Source of the DNA: a virus | Lineage: Duplodnaviria; Caudoviricetes | Direction: 5' to 3' (one strand) | Virus record (IMG/VR): IMGVR_UViG_3300030708_002709 | Location: 1-30,669 of that record | DNA length: 30,669 nt | Translations under genes and position numbers: made by a program | Notes under the pieces: generated by a model | The model's database searches: none | What the model saw: only the letters and a program-made list of their open reading frames with translations | Told to the model about the DNA's origin: nothing | Shown: positions 1 to 8,717 of the stretch, piece by piece | How positions within the stretch are numbered: position 1 is the stretch's first letter | How the letters are laid out: each line of letters opens with the position of its first letter

Positions 1-3000
1 GTCACTTCGGGTGCTAGTAACATTGCTATTGGACACAACGCTGGAACAGCGATTTCATCAGGTCATGCGAACGTCCTTGTTGGCTACGAAGCCGGTATGG
101 CATTGGATACTTTAAGCAATTCAATTGCTATTGGTTATGGTGCGTTAAAAACTGAAACAACATCCGGTGGTTCAGTTGCTGTTGGCACTTATGCACTTGA
201 AGACCAAAATACTGCTTCCGCAAACAACACGGCTGTTGGTCACAATGCGGGTTACAATTTAACTACTGGAACCGATAATGTTTTCGTCGGTCATGCGGCT
301 GGTGGCGTAGGCATAATTACCGGTGACGACAATACAGTTGTTGGTAAAAGTGCTGGCTACGATCTGACAAGCGGGTATCGCAACGTGCTACTCGGCAGTG
401 GTGCTGGTGCAAACGTCACGGATAACTACACTAATGTTGCGATTGGGCATAACGCATTCCTTGCGGCAAACACTGGTGAAAACTACAACATCGCTATTGG
501 TGGTAATGCCTTATACAGCGAAACGTCAGGCGCAGACTATTGTATCGCGATTGGCTACAATGCAATGATTGGCCAAAACTCTAATGTTGTAAATACAGCA
601 GTTGGCGGTTCAGCATTATTTCACAATAAGTCAGCCGGTAACAATGTGGCGCTAGGTATGAGTGCGGGTTACGCAAACGTAGACAGTTACAACACATGGG
701 TTGGCCATCAAGCTGGAGCGCATACTGGTCACGCTGCGGCTAACACAACACTTGGTTATCGCGCTTATTTTGGTTCGACATTCACCAACGGCACTTGCGA
801 CTTAAGTGGATCAACAACCGTAACGTGTGACAGCAACACCGACATTCAAGTTGGCCAATCGGTAACTGGTAGTGGCATTCCGTATGGTGCTTATGTAACC
901 GCAGTCAACGATTCAACTGGTGTTACCAGTTTCACGCTTTCAATTGCTGCGACAACAACAGCCAACAATCAGACGCTGACGTTTTACCGAGGAACCGGCG
1001 ACGGCAACACTTGCATTGGTTACACGGCTGGTGAGGATTTAACGACGGGCCACTCCAACGTACTTATTGGGCGTGAAGCTGGTAGAGACCTTCTTAGCAG
1101 CAGCTTAAACACAGCGGTTGGCGCGTACACATTGGACGCAGCTAATGGTACTGAAAACTATAATGTTGCTATTGGCGCTTATGCATTAACCACAGAAACG
1201 GGTGGCGCGGACTACTGCACAGCAGTTGGTTATAACGCACTAGGCAACCAAAACGGCAACGTCAAAAACACCGCCGTTGGTGGACTCGCGGGTGATGCGA
1301 TTACGGATGGCGATGGTAATACGGTAGTGGGTTATTTGGCTGGTAGTGCGGTTACTGATGGGGGAAGCAATACAGCAGTCGGTCACATGGCTTATACTGC
1401 TGGCACAGGCGATAACAATACAGTTGTCGGTACAAATGCTGGTCAAGGGGCATTAAGTGGTAATGACAATACAATAATGGGTGCGGTTGCGGGTGCGGCA
1501 TTAACAGACGGCCCCGGCAACGTACTCATCGGCAAGTCGGCTGGAACCGCAATGACAACCGGCGATTACAACGTCGCTATTGGTTATCAAGCGGCTGATG
1601 AGATGACCGGCGATTCAAATAGCAACATTGCAATTGGGCCAGATGCACTTGGACAAGAAGCTAGTGGTGCGGATCACTGTATCGCAATTGGCCATGACGC
1701 ATTAAAAGTGCAAAACGATGCGTCAGCAATCAACTTGGCAATTGGTACGTCTGCCGGTGACGCAATTACGAGTGGTACAAGCAACGTACTTATCGGCCAT
1801 CAAGCTGGAAGCGCAGTAACAACAGCTAATAGCAACACCGTGCTAGGTCGTGGGGCTTTTGCCTCCGGTACTGGTGGGACAAATGTTGTAATTGGTTCGT
1901 TTGCAATGGACGGGGCATCAGGCGGAAGTGCTAATGTCGCTGTTGGGACAAGTGCAATGGGCGCAACCGCTGCCACTTGTGACAACAATGTAGCGGTAGG
2001 TAATGCCGCATTGTTTGCATTAAATAACAATGCTGCCGACAACAATGTAGCAGTTGGTTACAACGCCGGTCGTTACTACGAAACAACCGCATCAACAACG
2101 CCGGGTTCTGGAACACCAGACGGTGACAACGCAGCCAGTGCTAATTCAATTTACATTGGGTACGACACTCGCGCCTCATCGTCGGCTCCTGCTAATGAAA
2201 TCGTCATTGGTCACACGGCTATATCCAACGGTGACAACACGATCACACTTGGTAACGACGACACGGGTGCAATTCACTGCGCGGATACATCAATCGCTGC
2301 GCTATCGGATCGCCGCATCAAACGTGACATCAAGGATACGAATGTTGGCTTGTCGTTTGTTGATAGGCTAACCGCTGTTGAATACAAGCGACTCAATCCC
2401 GCTGATTGGCCAGAGGAAATTCGGAGTCACCGTTACCGAGTTGAGGAACGGCAGGAACTTGTTACGCCAGCAGTAGAAGCTGCTGAAGCCGTGTACGAGG
2501 ACGTTGTCGTTGTCGCGGCGCGTGAAGCTGTTGAGGAAGTCACGGAGACGATTGAACACCCAGCACAAGAGGAGGTTTGGGAGGACGTAATCATTCCTGC
2601 TGTTGAGGAACTTTCGGAAGAACGGGTAACTCAAACCGCGCAGGAGGAAATTACCGAGGAACGTGTGGTTCAAGAAGCACGCGAGGAAGTACGCGGCGAA
2701 CGTCACAAGCACACCGAAACTGAAGTCACCGAAACCGTCACTCGCGAGGAGATCGTTGAACTTGATGGCAAGTGGGTGAAGCGCGAAGTCAGCGAGGAAG
2801 TGACTCGTATTGAGCGCACGCCGGTTTACGAGGAGTGCGACTTGTACAACGAGGACGGTACACAGTGTATGTGCTGCGTGACCGAGGCGCGTGATGCCGT
2901 AACGGAGGAGCGTCAAGTCGTTGACGAAAACGGTGACGGTGTTGTTGGTGAGGACGGCAATCCGGTGATGGAAACCGTTGAAATTGAGCCAGCAGTTGAG

Positions 3001-3519
3001 GCGGTACACGAACCCATGAAGCACAAAGTGCCTGTCATGGAGGAGTACGTCATTCAAGAAGCACAAGAGGAGGTGCGTGAGACTGTTGTTGTGCAGGAGG
3101 CACGCGAGGAGGTTCGCGAGATGGTGGTGGTACGCGAAGCTGAACCGGAACGTACTGAACGGCAGTTAGTATCACCGGCTGTTCCAGCACGAACTGAAGT
3201 GCGCGTGATCACACCAGCCGAGCCAGCAGTTGAGGAAGTTGTTGAACGGCGCTTGGTCAAGGAGGCGGTTGAGGCACAAGAAGCTGTTTACAAGACGGTG
3301 ACTGTACCGGCTGACGAACGTCCAGACGACGATGACACGGTTCGCTTGGGACTTGTCGCACAGGATGTGCAAACCGCGATGACTGAAGCTGGTGTTGAAT
3401 TTGATTTGGTGACTACCGGCGCGAACGGAAAGCTGGCGGTGAAGTACAGCAACTTGGTGATTCCGCTGTTAAAGGCGGTGCAGGAGTTGAGCGCAGAAGT
3501 GAAGGCTTTAAAGGGGTGA
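1..3519 (+). CDS. Tail fibre protein (5'-partial) with Gly/Asn-rich repeats and C-terminal peptidase S74 intramolecular chaperone
   Basis: Frame is open from base 1 (VTSGASNIAIGHNAG...). Many ~14-aa N-x-A-[IV]-G-x-x-A repeats. Autocleavage motif SDRRIK at 2305. S74 C-part GLVAQDV...YSNLVIPLLKAVQEL. Confidence 0.88.
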   Translation, partial: VTSGASNIAIGHNAGTAISSGHANVLVGYEAGMALDTLSNSIAIGYGALKTETTSGGSVAVGTYALEDQNTASANNTAVGHNAGYNLTTGTDNVFVGHAAGGVGIITGDDNTVVGKSAGYDLTSGYRNVLLGSGAGANVTDNYTNVAIGHNAFLAANTGENYNIAIGGNALYSETSGADYCIAIGYNAMIGQNSNVVNTAVGGSALFHNKSAGNNVALGMSAGYANVDSYNTWVGHQAGAHTGHAAANTTLGYRAYFGSTFTNGTCDLSGSTTVTCDSNTDIQVGQSVTGSGIPYGAYVTAVNDSTGVTSFTLSIAATTTANNQTLTFYRGTGDGNTCIGYTAGEDLTTGHSNVLIGREAGRDLLSSSLNTAVGAYTLDAANGTENYNVAIGAYALTTETGGADYCTAVGYNALGNQNGNVKNTAVGGLAGDAITDGDGNTVVGYLAGSAVTDGGSNTAVGHMAYTAGTGDNNTVVGTNAGQGALSGNDNTIMGAVAGAALTDGPGNVLIGKSAGTAMTTGDYNVAIGYQAADEMTGDSNSNIAIGPDALGQEASGADHCIAIGHDALKVQNDASAINLAIGTSAGDAITSGTSNVLIGHQAGSAVTTANSNTVLGRGAFASGTGGTNVVIGSFAMDGASGGSANVAVGTSAMGATAATCDNNVAVGNAALFALNNNAADNNVAVGYNAGRYYETTASTTPGSGTPDGDNAASANSIYIGYDTRASSSAPANEIVIGHTAISNGDNTITLGNDDTGAIHCADTSIAALSDRRIKRDIKDTNVGLSFVDRLTAVEYKRLNPADWPEEIRSHRYRVEERQELVTPAVEAAEAVYEDVVVVAAREAVEEVTETIEHPAQEEVWEDVIIPAVEELSEERVTQTAQEEITEERVVQEAREEVRGERHKHTETEVTETVTREEIVELDGKWVKREVSEEVTRIERTPVYEECDLYNEDGTQCMCCVTEARDAVTEERQVVDENGDGVVGEDGNPVMETVEIEPAVEAVHEPMKHKVPVMEEYVIQEAQEEVRETVVVQEAREEVREMVVVREAEPERTERQLVSPAVPARTEVRVITPAEPAVEEVVERRLVKEAVEAQEAVYKTVTVPADERPDDDDTVRLGLVAQDVQTAMTEAGVEFDLVTTGANGKLAVKYSNLVIPLLKAVQELSAEVKALKG

Positions 3520-3522
3520 TGA

Positions 3523-3822
3523 GTGGATGTCGAAACAATAAAAACGCTTGGTTTTCCAGCGGCTGCTTCAGTTGCATTGGGTTATTATATATGGCGAATG
3601 ACCCAATTTTTGCTAAATGATTTAAAAAATAGCCTTGGCGAAAATCGTGATATTTTAATAAAATTAATAGACGCTATAAACAATGTTAAGGCCGACCAAA
3701 CGCACCGAATTTGTGAACTTGAACAACGGGTCGCGGAAATGCGCGAACAACATCGCAATTATAATAATTTGCTTATGGGCAATGCTGGTGGGGATCGGGT
3801 GCATAAATCTGAAAGACGCTAA
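3523..3822 (+). CDS. Small membrane protein with one N-terminal TM and a coiled coil (holin-like or i-spanin-like)
   Basis: GTG start 3 nt after the fibre stop; hydrophobic LGFPAAASVALGYYIW followed by heptad-like helix. Confidence 0.6.
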   Translation: MDVETIKTLGFPAAASVALGYYIWRMTQFLLNDLKNSLGENRDILIKLIDAINNVKADQTHRICELEQRVAEMREQHRNYNNLLMGNAGGDRVHKSERR

Positions 3823-3895
3823 AAGTTTTGAAATTGATAGTCCATTCGTGGACGTCGAGTACGAAGCAAAACAAAATGGAAACAACGGAAACTAA
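3713..3895 (+). CDS. Putative small lipoprotein overlapping the upstream gene (o-spanin-like)
   Basis: GTG at 3713; RK, then hydrophobic IAIIIICLWAMLV, then GIG-C (Cys codon 3800-3802); +1 frame relative to 3523..3822. Confidence 0.4.
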   Translation: MNLNNGSRKCANNIAIIIICLWAMLVGIGCINLKDAKSFEIDSPFVDVEYEAKQNGNNGN

Positions 3896-4103
3896 ATCGG
3901 AAACCGTTAGCATTAACGGGGTTGAACACAACGTGGCTGATTTGTCGCCACAGCAGTTGACACTTGTCCAACACGTCAGTGACTTGGACGGCAAGGCTCG
4001 TCAAATAAACTTCAACTTGGAACAGACGCTGGGTGCGCGAAACCATTTTATGGGATTGCTCACGCAGTCGTTTGAGGAACCAGTTGAGTCGGACAGCGAG
4101 TGA
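3876..4103 (+). CDS. Hypothetical phage protein (75 aa)
   Basis: ATG at 3876 (METTETKSETVSINGVEHNVADLS...); stop overlaps the next start (GTGA). Confidence 0.7.
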   Translation: METTETKSETVSINGVEHNVADLSPQQLTLVQHVSDLDGKARQINFNLEQTLGARNHFMGLLTQSFEEPVESDSE

Positions 4104-4249
4104 TAGCACTTGATGACATCAAAGTTTGCCTAGCTTCCGTCACGAGCGTCGGAACGTGGTGGCTGAACATGGATATCATATTGAAGTGTGCAGTTAGCTT
4201 GGCAACTTTGGTGTACATCATTATTAAAATCGCAAAGCTGATAAAATAA
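4100..4249 (+). CDS. 49-aa hydrophobic protein, holin-like (not in ORF track)
   Basis: MIALDDIKVCLASVTSVGTWWLNMDIILKCAVSLATLVYIIIKIAKLIK; coupled at both ends (GTGA and TAATG); basic C-terminus. Confidence 0.65.
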   Translation: MIALDDIKVCLASVTSVGTWWLNMDIILKCAVSLATLVYIIIKIAKLIK

Positions 4250-4497
4250 TGTCGATTCCAAAAGCATATAATAAGCCGCGTCGCATCAAAAAAGGCGAAC
4301 CAGGATATGGACGCAAAAAATTTGTTGTTAACGCAAAGCAGGGGTCGAAAACCAAAGTGATTCGATATGGTGATGCGAACATGGAAATAAAAAAGGATAA
4401 TCCAAAGCGCCGCAGCAACTTTCGATCACGTCACCGTTGCGATAGTAGTCCACCCAGCAAATTAAGCGCACGCTATTGGTCGTGTAAAAAATGGTAA
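4249..4497 (+). CDS. Small basic phage protein
   Basis: K/R-rich; motifs RYGDANM, RRSNFRSRHRC and SARYWSCKKW resemble a family common in aquatic phages. Confidence 0.8.
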   Translation: MSIPKAYNKPRRIKKGEPGYGRKKFVVNAKQGSKTKVIRYGDANMEIKKDNPKRRSNFRSRHRCDSSPPSKLSARYWSCKKW

Positions 4498-4498
4498 T

Positions 4499-4639
4499 AT
4501 GAGTCTGTATAAAAACATAAACGCTAGGAAAAAAGCGGGAACTTCACGTTCCAAAAAAAATACAACTATATCGGCTAAAACGTATGCAAATATGAAAGCT
4601 GGTAAAGGCGGGTTCGCAAAAAAACGAAGCAAAAAATAA
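4499..4639 (+). CDS. 46-aa Lys-rich protein (not in ORF track)
   Basis: MSLYKNINARKKAGTSRSKKNTTISAKTYANMKAGKGGFAKKRSKK; 1-nt gaps to both neighbours. Confidence 0.7.
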   Translation: MSLYKNINARKKAGTSRSKKNTTISAKTYANMKAGKGGFAKKRSKK

Positions 4640-4640
4640 T

Positions 4641-4754
4641 ATGCCAAACGTAAAAGGCAAAAAGTTCGGGTACGGTAAAAAAGGAATGGCTGCTGCAAAA
4701 AAGCACGCGGCTAAAACCGGCTCAAAAATGACAATGACAAAAAAACGAAAGTGA
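4641..4754 (+). CDS. 37-aa Lys-rich protein (not in ORF track)
   Basis: MPNVKGKKFGYGKKGMAAAKKHAAKTGSKMTMTKKRK; tight packing. Confidence 0.7.
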   Translation: MPNVKGKKFGYGKKGMAAAKKHAAKTGSKMTMTKKRK

Positions 4755-4761
4755 TTATAAA

Positions 4762-4935
4762 ATGCTGAAAGGTAAAAAAACTTACTTCACTGCCGGTGCG
4801 GCCGTGATGACAGCGCTGGGATTATATTTCGGCGGGGAGGCTGATTTGACAGTCACGATCAACAGCATATTCGGTGCGCTAATGGTGATATTTTTGCGGA
4901 AGGGGGTAGCTTCTTCTGAAAAAATGAATTCGTAA
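4762..4935 (+). CDS. 57-aa two-TM protein, holin-like (not in ORF track)
   Basis: MLKGKKTYFTAGAAVMTALGLYFGGEADLTVTINSIFGALMVIFLRKGVASSEKMNS; two hydrophobic helices with basic ends. Confidence 0.7.
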   Translation: MLKGKKTYFTAGAAVMTALGLYFGGEADLTVTINSIFGALMVIFLRKGVASSEKMNS

Positions 4936-4944
4936 AATACTGAC

Positions 4945-7900
4945 ATGCCGGACATACAAATACGCACCGCTGACGAGTTGCAAACTGGAGTTTCGCTGCA
5001 ACCAGCGGACTTTCACAATTTAGTCAACAACGCCTCGGTGCAGTCCGGTGTGATTGCTGACCAAAACGAAGTTTCTTCGCTGGAATCAGCAGACGAAATA
5101 TTAGTTAAGGAAAACAGCAGTGGGTCGCTACGTAAAATACAATGGTCAAACGTAGCGGCTGAAGTTGCTGCTGATTTTTCACTGACTACCAGCAGTGTTG
5201 ACGAGGGGAAGTCAGACTTTTACGAGAACTGGGATACCCCTGACACTGCCAAGTCGCGATTGGTGACTGATGGGTTTTTGCCTATCACAAAAGCGGCCAC
5301 GTCGGAACATCCTGTCGTCGATGTGATGGCATATGGCGCGTTGGCTGATAATACTGGCACGGTAGTGGCCCAGTGGCTGACAGGCGGCACGTATGATCGT
5401 GGTTATTCCAACTTGGCTGCGATCCAAGCGGATTATCCGTGGGTTGAATCATTATTTGATACCATTGATTTTGCAGCGTGCCAAAAGGCGCTTGATGTTG
5501 CGTGGCAAAAAATTAAAGCCACTTATGGCAAGGGCGAAAACACGGCTGGCGGTTTGCAAGCGCAGTCCAGCAGTGACAGTGAATTGGATAAATCGCGCAC
5601 TGCACGGGCTGTCACCGTTTTGTTTCCGGCTGGTTGGTACAAAATCAACAAGACGCTAATTGTACCACCAAGCTGCAATGTTCAAGGTTCGGGGTCTGGC
5701 AGCACGGTTATCCGTTATACCGGTGACACATTCACTAGCACCGGAGTCAAAAAAACCACTGACTACACTGATTCGATCACCGTTGGGGGAACGACATACA
5801 ATTTAAGCCGCACGTTAAACGAGCGTAAGTGGAAGTATTATTCGGATAAAACTGATTACAAAGTTCCGCTACGAATCAACGGCATGCATTCGGTCATACT
5901 AGTGCGTGATGAACTGACCTATACTGCCGCTAATGCAACTACTGGTATTTACCATGCAGTTGGAACGGTAACCGCAGGGGCCAGCCTATCAGCAGCAACG
6001 ACGTTCACAGTTGATAACGCAAGCGGGTATGCTGAAGGTGCTACATCAATTGCATACGACAGCGGTTCAACGCTTTCAGCAACTACCTTTTACGCTGAAG
6101 GAGGCAGTTACTACACCAGCACAAACGACCTAGCTTCAAGCGGCACACTCACGGGTGGTACGTTAACAAATCCGTTTAGCGGCGCTTATTACGAAGACGG
6201 GGTTGACGACAATGAAAAGTTTTATGCACAACAAAGCCTAACTGTTTCATCAACTGGTCAACGCATATATCCTGGAACTAAAATTAATTTTCCAAATGGC
6301 GTGTTTGTTGTAGCCGCAAACGAAGCGGCATCATCAACTGCATTAGTTGGGTACGTTGAGTCTGGTTCAATCGCCAGTAGCGATGTAGGAACCATCGATG
6401 TTTACTCGCAGGGGTATAACCCAACAGGGTCTGAACAAGCTGCTGATGAATCATTAGCCGGAAATAAAAACCGTGTGCGCGACATGGACGCCGGTATTAG
6501 TGGCATCCAGTTCAGCAGCTACGTTGAGGATAATACAATTGGATTGTGGTTGCCGGGTTTCACGCACGAAAACAACAAGTACAATGACTTGGCGTTTCGC
6601 GGTTTCAACTCGTTTGCCAGCAGTGACATCAGCGGGACTCCCAGCAACGCAAGCAAGGGAATGTTTGGGGTGATGCTGAACAGCGGTAGCTCAAACCAAA
6701 CTCGCACGCTTGGTGTTGATTTAAAATTTTTAGCCAACAAGTTTGAAGCATGTTATGTGGGACTGTTGGCGACCGGCGATTCGCAGGGGATCATATTCAG
6801 CGACAATCATGTTCGGTACTCGCGTTTTGGCGTCCGCATGAACGGGTTGCATCACACGGTATCGAATAACCGATTTGACGGGTTCACTGCAAGCGGCAGC
6901 GGTGACGACTACATACCCCATCGCATCGGTGAAACTGCTGTTTACTTGCGGTATCCGGTTGGATGCATAATCAACGGTAACAGCATTGAACACCAGCAGC
7001 GTGCAGTCGAGTTGTACGGCACGACCAACGTCAGTGTTAATGGCAACTCGATAACCGTTCCCGATCCGTCCGGCCGAACCGGTACGAGTCACGACTACAC
7101 ACAAACGCATGGATTTGTTGTACATGCGACGGCTGTTACTTACGCGTATGCGGAGGACGGTGACGGCGATGCATACCGGCACAACGCTGGGCTGCTTGTC
7201 ACCGGTAACAACTGGAAGTACAACGACTACACACCGGCAACATATTCGCCGCTGTACATTAACGGACTTACCACAAACCGCGTTTACGGTTCAGCTTATG
7301 GCAATGGCAGTTGGCCAACCAACATAGCAATTGAAACGCTGCGTACTGACAGTGCGTCGAACCCAAATCACAGTCAGCATTTTGTTGTAGATGAAAACGG
7401 GCTGAACAAAATACATACTGTTTTCACTAACAAGGGACTGCACACTGCGCGTAATTACGGGTTGTTAAGTATTGCGGATTGTTACGGGATTGTGCGTGGA
7501 ACAATTACCACAACAGCCGGTGATTACATTGTCATACTGCCAAATCCAAAGTTAAACGATGCGCCTACCAACCCAATGTTGTCAGGTAACAAGTTTGATT
7601 TGAGTGTCGCTTCAGCCGGTACAATGTCTGACAGTGATAATACTTCAATTAAAGTGCGAACTGGCTCAACAATTACAGCATTGGCAAAAGTTGGAGGTGG
7701 TGACAATCGCCTACAAGTTACCACTGGCACAATGCACGGATTGGAAGTTGGTGACAAAGTTGACATCATCGATGTTTCAAATACCGGCGAATCCAGTGGA
7801 ACTTTTAACGCGGAACACACAGTTGCTGTAGTTGATAGTTCAACACAATTTACAGTCACCACAACAATCAGCGGTGCAATTAGTGCGGCAACTTCAAGTG

Positions 7901-8064
7901 GCGTCATGGGCGCTGCACTTACTCAAAACGGCATTACAAATGGCTCAACAATAGGAAACGAAGTGCAACTTTATTACGGTGGTAGCGCTTTCGCTTTAAA
8001 AACATTTAGCGGTATCACATTGGACAACATTGCTGGGGAATCCGGTCATTACGCAATTAAATGA
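4945..8064 (+). CDS. Tailspike / receptor-binding protein with pectate-lyase-like parallel beta-helix
   Basis: Beta-helix cap motifs VDVMAYGALAD...AACQKALD...VLFPAGWYKINKTL; repeated I-x-x-N strands (IFSDNHV, VSNNRF, INGNSI); C-terminal HGLEVGDKV beta module. Confidence 0.8.
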   Translation: MPDIQIRTADELQTGVSLQPADFHNLVNNASVQSGVIADQNEVSSLESADEILVKENSSGSLRKIQWSNVAAEVAADFSLTTSSVDEGKSDFYENWDTPDTAKSRLVTDGFLPITKAATSEHPVVDVMAYGALADNTGTVVAQWLTGGTYDRGYSNLAAIQADYPWVESLFDTIDFAACQKALDVAWQKIKATYGKGENTAGGLQAQSSSDSELDKSRTARAVTVLFPAGWYKINKTLIVPPSCNVQGSGSGSTVIRYTGDTFTSTGVKKTTDYTDSITVGGTTYNLSRTLNERKWKYYSDKTDYKVPLRINGMHSVILVRDELTYTAANATTGIYHAVGTVTAGASLSAATTFTVDNASGYAEGATSIAYDSGSTLSATTFYAEGGSYYTSTNDLASSGTLTGGTLTNPFSGAYYEDGVDDNEKFYAQQSLTVSSTGQRIYPGTKINFPNGVFVVAANEAASSTALVGYVESGSIASSDVGTIDVYSQGYNPTGSEQAADESLAGNKNRVRDMDAGISGIQFSSYVEDNTIGLWLPGFTHENNKYNDLAFRGFNSFASSDISGTPSNASKGMFGVMLNSGSSNQTRTLGVDLKFLANKFEACYVGLLATGDSQGIIFSDNHVRYSRFGVRMNGLHHTVSNNRFDGFTASGSGDDYIPHRIGETAVYLRYPVGCIINGNSIEHQQRAVELYGTTNVSVNGNSITVPDPSGRTGTSHDYTQTHGFVVHATAVTYAYAEDGDGDAYRHNAGLLVTGNNWKYNDYTPATYSPLYINGLTTNRVYGSAYGNGSWPTNIAIETLRTDSASNPNHSQHFVVDENGLNKIHTVFTNKGLHTARNYGLLSIADCYGIVRGTITTTAGDYIVILPNPKLNDAPTNPMLSGNKFDLSVASAGTMSDSDNTSIKVRTGSTITALAKVGGGDNRLQVTTGTMHGLEVGDKVDIIDVSNTGESSGTFNAEHTVAVVDSSTQFTVTTTISGAISAATSSGVMGAALTQNGITNGSTIGNEVQLYYGGSAFALKTFSGITLDNIAGESGHYAIK

Positions 8065-8717
8065 CGAAACTCGAAATAGCTAATTACGTTGGCGAGAAGG
8101 TGCATAGCACTGACAGCGATAGCATCGCCGTTTTCAAGCAGTTCGTGGATCGTCGTTACGAGATGATTTGGAACGCTGAGTTGTGGCGCGAATCGCTTGG
8201 CACGTATTCAACAACTGTAAGTGCTGGCACGGATACAGTTGATTTAACAATTGAAATGGATTTTCCAGTATCTGCGTACTGGGACGAGCGCGAAATTACC
8301 CCAGTTGATTACCAGCGCGTTTTTCAAATTAACCCAGCTTTATTGGATGAGAGTGGGACGCCAACCGACTTCATCGTGTTGTCCAAGTCAGTAAGCGCCA
8401 GCGGCACACGTCCACGAATCAAGCTGGTGCGAGTGCCTGACCAAACTAAAACTCTGTTAGTGTTGGGCAAGCTGGTCATTACGCCGTTAGGTGATTCCGA
8501 TTCGCCTACAATTAGCGGGATCGACAACGCGCTGGTTACATACGTTGAAGCTGATGCGTTGGAGTATTTGCAGCAGTACGCAAAAGCACAGGCAAAGTTG
8601 CAGGAGGCGGGAGCGCACATGCAGCTTATGCGGGACATGGAAAAAAATCAATCAGCGCGGATGATCCAGCTTGTGCCGGATGTTGAGGTTGCTTGGACAC
8701 AAAATGATTTTCGGTAA
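8061..8717 (+). CDS. Putative head-tail adaptor (podovirus tail protein)
   Basis: 218 aa; ATGA-coupled; position directly before the nozzle-like gene; helical N- and C-termini around a beta core. Confidence 0.6.
   Translation: MTKLEIANYVGEKVHSTDSDSIAVFKQFVDRRYEMIWNAELWRESLGTYSTTVSAGTDTVDLTIEMDFPVSAYWDEREITPVDYQRVFQINPALLDESGTPTDFIVLSKSVSASGTRPRIKLVRVPDQTKTLLVLGKLVITPLGDSDSPTISGIDNALVTYVEADALEYLQQYAKAQAKLQEAGAHMQLMRDMEKNQSARMIQLVPDVEVAWTQNDFR

Noticed and set aside
1-2250. CRISPR array or diversity-generating retroelement repeats
   Set aside because: Repeats are degenerate and at protein level; no identical repeat-spacer pattern and no reverse transcriptase in the window
2368-3066. 232-aa antisense ORF and similar antisense ORFs within the structural genes
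   Set aside because: Shadows of biased codon usage in long sense genes; no recognisable motifs
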